Source: a virus (lineage: Duplodnaviria > Caudoviricetes). Taken from it: a stretch of DNA of 37,769 nt. Under the pieces are notes generated by a model. The model was not told the origin of the DNA. It worked only from the letters and a program-made list of their open reading frames with translations, and searched no databases. Made by a program: the position numbers and the translations under genes. Numbering within the stretch: position 1 is the stretch's first letter; each line of letters starts with the position of its first letter. Where the stretch lies: positions 1 through 37,769 of IMG/VR virus record IMGVR_UViG_3300005512_000112. The stretch is one strand, 5' to 3'. Below, one piece after another: positions 35,566-37,769 of this stretch.

Positions 35566-37100
35566 GTAGCGAGGACTGGAAGTAGCTCCAGCAGTGGTGC
35601 CATTTCCGGGCGCGGATACAGGGCGACGATCTGCTGATCGGCGGTTTCGATGCGGTTGTAAACGCCCTGGATGATGTCTCGCAACTGTTCCGGCTCGGCT
35701 TGTGGTAGCTGTTCGATGTACTCCAGTATCCGGTCGATTTCTTGCTCGATGTCCGGCCCAAAGGCCGGCTGACCGGCGTCCTGCCGGAGCCGGTCAATCT
35801 CTGATTGCAGTTTCTCCCGGCGCGGGATAAACTCTGATTTCGTAATCAGGCCGTCGGTGTATAAATCCACCAGGCGGTCGTAGGCGGCCTGCCGCTGTTG
35901 CAGGCGGGCCGTTGGTGTACTGTCGCCCTGAGCCAGTTCCAGGGCGATTTTTATTTTTTGGCCGATCTGTTGCAGGTGCTGCCCTTGCCCAAACAGGTCG
36001 GTCAGTTTGCTCAACACGGCCTGCTCCAGGGGGAGGGCGGGGATCATCATTTGGACGCAGCCGGATTTTTGGTACATATGCCGATAGTACCACACGGCGT
36101 TTGTGTCTGGTTGCCGCTGGCCGCACATCGGCTGACCGCAGGCGGCGCAGACCAGTCGCCCGGATAGCAAATACAGGTGGTCGCTGCGATTGTTATGCCT
36201 GGCTCCGAACCCCCGATGCCGTTTCTTGAGCGTGGCCCCCACCTGCTGGCATAACTCTACCGGCAAAAGGGGATCGTACCCAGCCTGGTCAACGCCGGAT
36301 AGTTCACCGGCGTACACTTGCCAGCGATTCAGTACCGAGCGGGTTGTCTGCCGGGTAAATTTCCGGGGGGCGCGGTGATTGCTGCCCCAGTAGCGCCACC
36401 CGGCCTCGTTGAGTTGTTGGGCGCTGGTGGTGTAGCTGTGTTGCCCGGTGGCGTAAAGGTCATACAGGGTGCGCAGGGCATCGTGGTAGTAGCGGGTTTC
36501 CAGGGCGGGGCTGCGGTGTTCGTCGGTGTTGGGGTAGGCGTCGCCGGTGCGGGGGTCAAGCAGGTAGGTGATGGTGGAGGGGACGAGGTGTTTGGTGTCG
36601 GGATGCCGGTCGGCGGCGAATGGGGCGGTGCCTACGTGTCGCCCCTGGTTGTGTTTGATGTGCAGTATGGTGCGGCTGATGCGCTCACCCGCCTGGCGAC
36701 TCTCCATCTCTGCGAATGACATCAGAATGGAGGCCATTGCCCGCCCGTCAACGGTGGACAGGTCGATGTTTTGGGTGGCGCTGACGAGCGTTTTGCCCCG
36801 CGGGTGGAGCACGTCATCATAAAATGCGAGAAATTCACGCACGTTACGGTGGGCGCGGTCAACCGATTCGATGATGACGCCGGCCACATCTGGATGATCC
36901 AGTCGGCGCAGGAGCGATTGCCACCCGGGGCGGGTGGCTTCGTACCGTCCGGAAATATCTAAGTCCTGATACCATTCCAGCAGATACCGGTCTCCGGCCC
37001 ATTGCCGAATGGTGGCTCGCTGCCGTTCCGGCCCGGCGGTGGGGTTTTCTTCGTCCCAGCGGGATTTGCGGACGTAGGCCAGCAGGATGGTGGGGGTCAT
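35559..37100 (-). CDS. int: Large serine recombinase (integrase)
   Basis: AYVRKS catalytic Ser, DISG, RPG, ESVDRAHRN, AEMES; LLSGRLVCAACGQPM Zn ribbon; coiled coil; start ATG 37100. Confidence 0.95.
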   Translation of the reverse strand: MTPTILLAYVRKSRWDEENPTAGPERQRATIRQWAGDRYLLEWYQDLDISGRYEATRPGWQSLLRRLDHPDVAGVIIESVDRAHRNVREFLAFYDDVLHPRGKTLVSATQNIDLSTVDGRAMASILMSFAEMESRQAGERISRTILHIKHNQGRHVGTAPFAADRHPDTKHLVPSTITYLLDPRTGDAYPNTDEHRSPALETRYYHDALRTLYDLYATGQHSYTTSAQQLNEAGWRYWGSNHRAPRKFTRQTTRSVLNRWQVYAGELSGVDQAGYDPLLPVELCQQVGATLKKRHRGFGARHNNRSDHLYLLSGRLVCAACGQPMCGQRQPDTNAVWYYRHMYQKSGCVQMMIPALPLEQAVLSKLTDLFGQGQHLQQIGQKIKIALELAQGDSTPTARLQQRQAAYDRLVDLYTDGLITKSEFIPRREKLQSEIDRLRQDAGQPAFGPDIEQEIDRILEYIEQLPQAEPEQLRDIIQGVYNRIETADQQIVALYPRPEMAPLLELLPVLATV

Positions 37101-37222
37101 AATTGCCCCAGGGCAAAAATTATACCTATTGAGACCGGGAACACAAACAGGAAAAACAGGAAGCCGGCGGTAAAAAAGCCGCAACCAAAGCGCAGTCCAT
37201 CGTTGACGGTGAGTTTTTGCAT
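37097..37222 (-). CDS. 41-aa membrane peptide translationally coupled to int (not in ORF track)
   Basis: GGAGG RBS; MQKLTVNDGLRFGCGFFTAGFLFFLFVFPVSIGIIFALGQL; ATGA overlap with int. Confidence 0.7.
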   Translation of the reverse strand: MQKLTVNDGLRFGCGFFTAGFLFFLFVFPVSIGIIFALGQL

Positions 37223-37239
37223 AATGCCTCCGTGGCAAG

Positions 37240-37268
37240 ATTGTACAATGTGTCAAGAGATTTTGCAA
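37240..37268 (-). promoter_or_regulatory. Promoter for the peptide-int operon
   Basis: Minus strand TTGCAA, N17, TACAAT. Confidence 0.55.
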
Positions 37269-37269
37269 C

Positions 37270-37300
37270 AAAAAACCCGCCGACTGGCGGGCTTTTTTAT
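37270..37300. terminator. Bidirectional terminator
   Basis: AAAAAA-CCCGCC-gact-GGCGGG-cTTTTTT. Confidence 0.8.
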
Positions 37301-37656
37301 TTATCTTTCTTCAGCCTGGCGCTGACGGTTGCCAGTAGCGGATTGTCGGCGTCAATCTCAAACTCGGCCATAAAATCAGCCCCCTCGCAGTTGAGGCACA
37401 ATCTACTGCCGTCTCGCCCTATATCGTCAACCGTGAGCGGGGCGCCGCATCGCTCACAGGGGTCTCCTGTCCTGACGACAAAATCCAAAGTGGTGCATTG
37501 TAGGTAATCCATAATTCTGTCAATAATATCTGTTTCAACATTATTATGGACAGCCACTTTTTGTAGGGTACTCACGGCGATACCAGTATCGGCGCTAATC
37601 TGTCGGTATGTTACATTTTTTAATCTCATCAATTCTTTTAAGCGGAAATACAACAC
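37297..37656 (-). CDS. Cro/C1-type HTH regulator fused to a Zn ribbon
   Basis: RLKELMRLKNVTYRQISADTGIAVSTLQKV...IDRIMDYLQC; CERC...CLNC; AGGAGG RBS. Confidence 0.8.
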   Translation of the reverse strand: MLYFRLKELMRLKNVTYRQISADTGIAVSTLQKVAVHNNVETDIIDRIMDYLQCTTLDFVVRTGDPCERCGAPLTVDDIGRDGSRLCLNCEGADFMAEFEIDADNPLLATVSARLKKDK

Positions 37657-37681
37657 GGCTGCCTCCTTTTCTGTTGAATCT

Positions 37682-37711
37682 AATATAACAGAACTGGTGG
37701 CATTTTGTCAA
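37682..37711 (-). promoter_or_regulatory. Promoter of the HTH-Zn ribbon gene
   Basis: Minus strand TTGACA, N18, TATATT with extended TG. Confidence 0.7.
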
Positions 37712-37769
37712 CTTCTTTTTGCAAACAAACCTTAAAATTACCGAATATTCATTACAAAACTATTGACAT

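Larger units (their letters stand above)
1..37769. mobile_element. Temperate tailed phage genome (siphovirus-like), near complete, probably excised/attP form
   Basis: Immunity, replication, terminase, portal, capsid, tail and serine integrase modules in canonical order; no host housekeeping genes recognised. Confidence 0.95.

Overview
The window is a near-complete ~37.8 kb temperate tailed phage genome with siphovirus-type organisation (tail tube, no sheath recognised). A Chloroflexota-like host is an unverified guess from protein and repeat style. Gene order: CI-like repressor and Cro switch; early genes, including a replication initiator with a DnaA domain-I-like N-terminus followed by five iterons; a membrane-protein cluster; a DUF3102 gene leading a PRTRC-type ubiquitin-like conjugation cassette (Ubl, F-like, E2-D, JAB, ThiF/E1); holin-like genes; packaging, head and tail modules; a large serine integrase; and a second HTH regulator. 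An attP-like inverted repeat lies between the last late gene and the integrase, suggesting the excised or free form. Most notable: (1) the phage-borne Ub-like cassette, whose Ubl is encoded with a C-terminal Zn-finger extension after TKG; (2) two signal-peptide-like proteins next to the major capsid gene that share an identical 54-bp segment; (3) two glycosyltransferases flanking the tail tube gene; (4) no recognisable endolysin; (5) several candidate structured or antisense RNAs. All family assignments come from motif recognition by eye, with no database searches.
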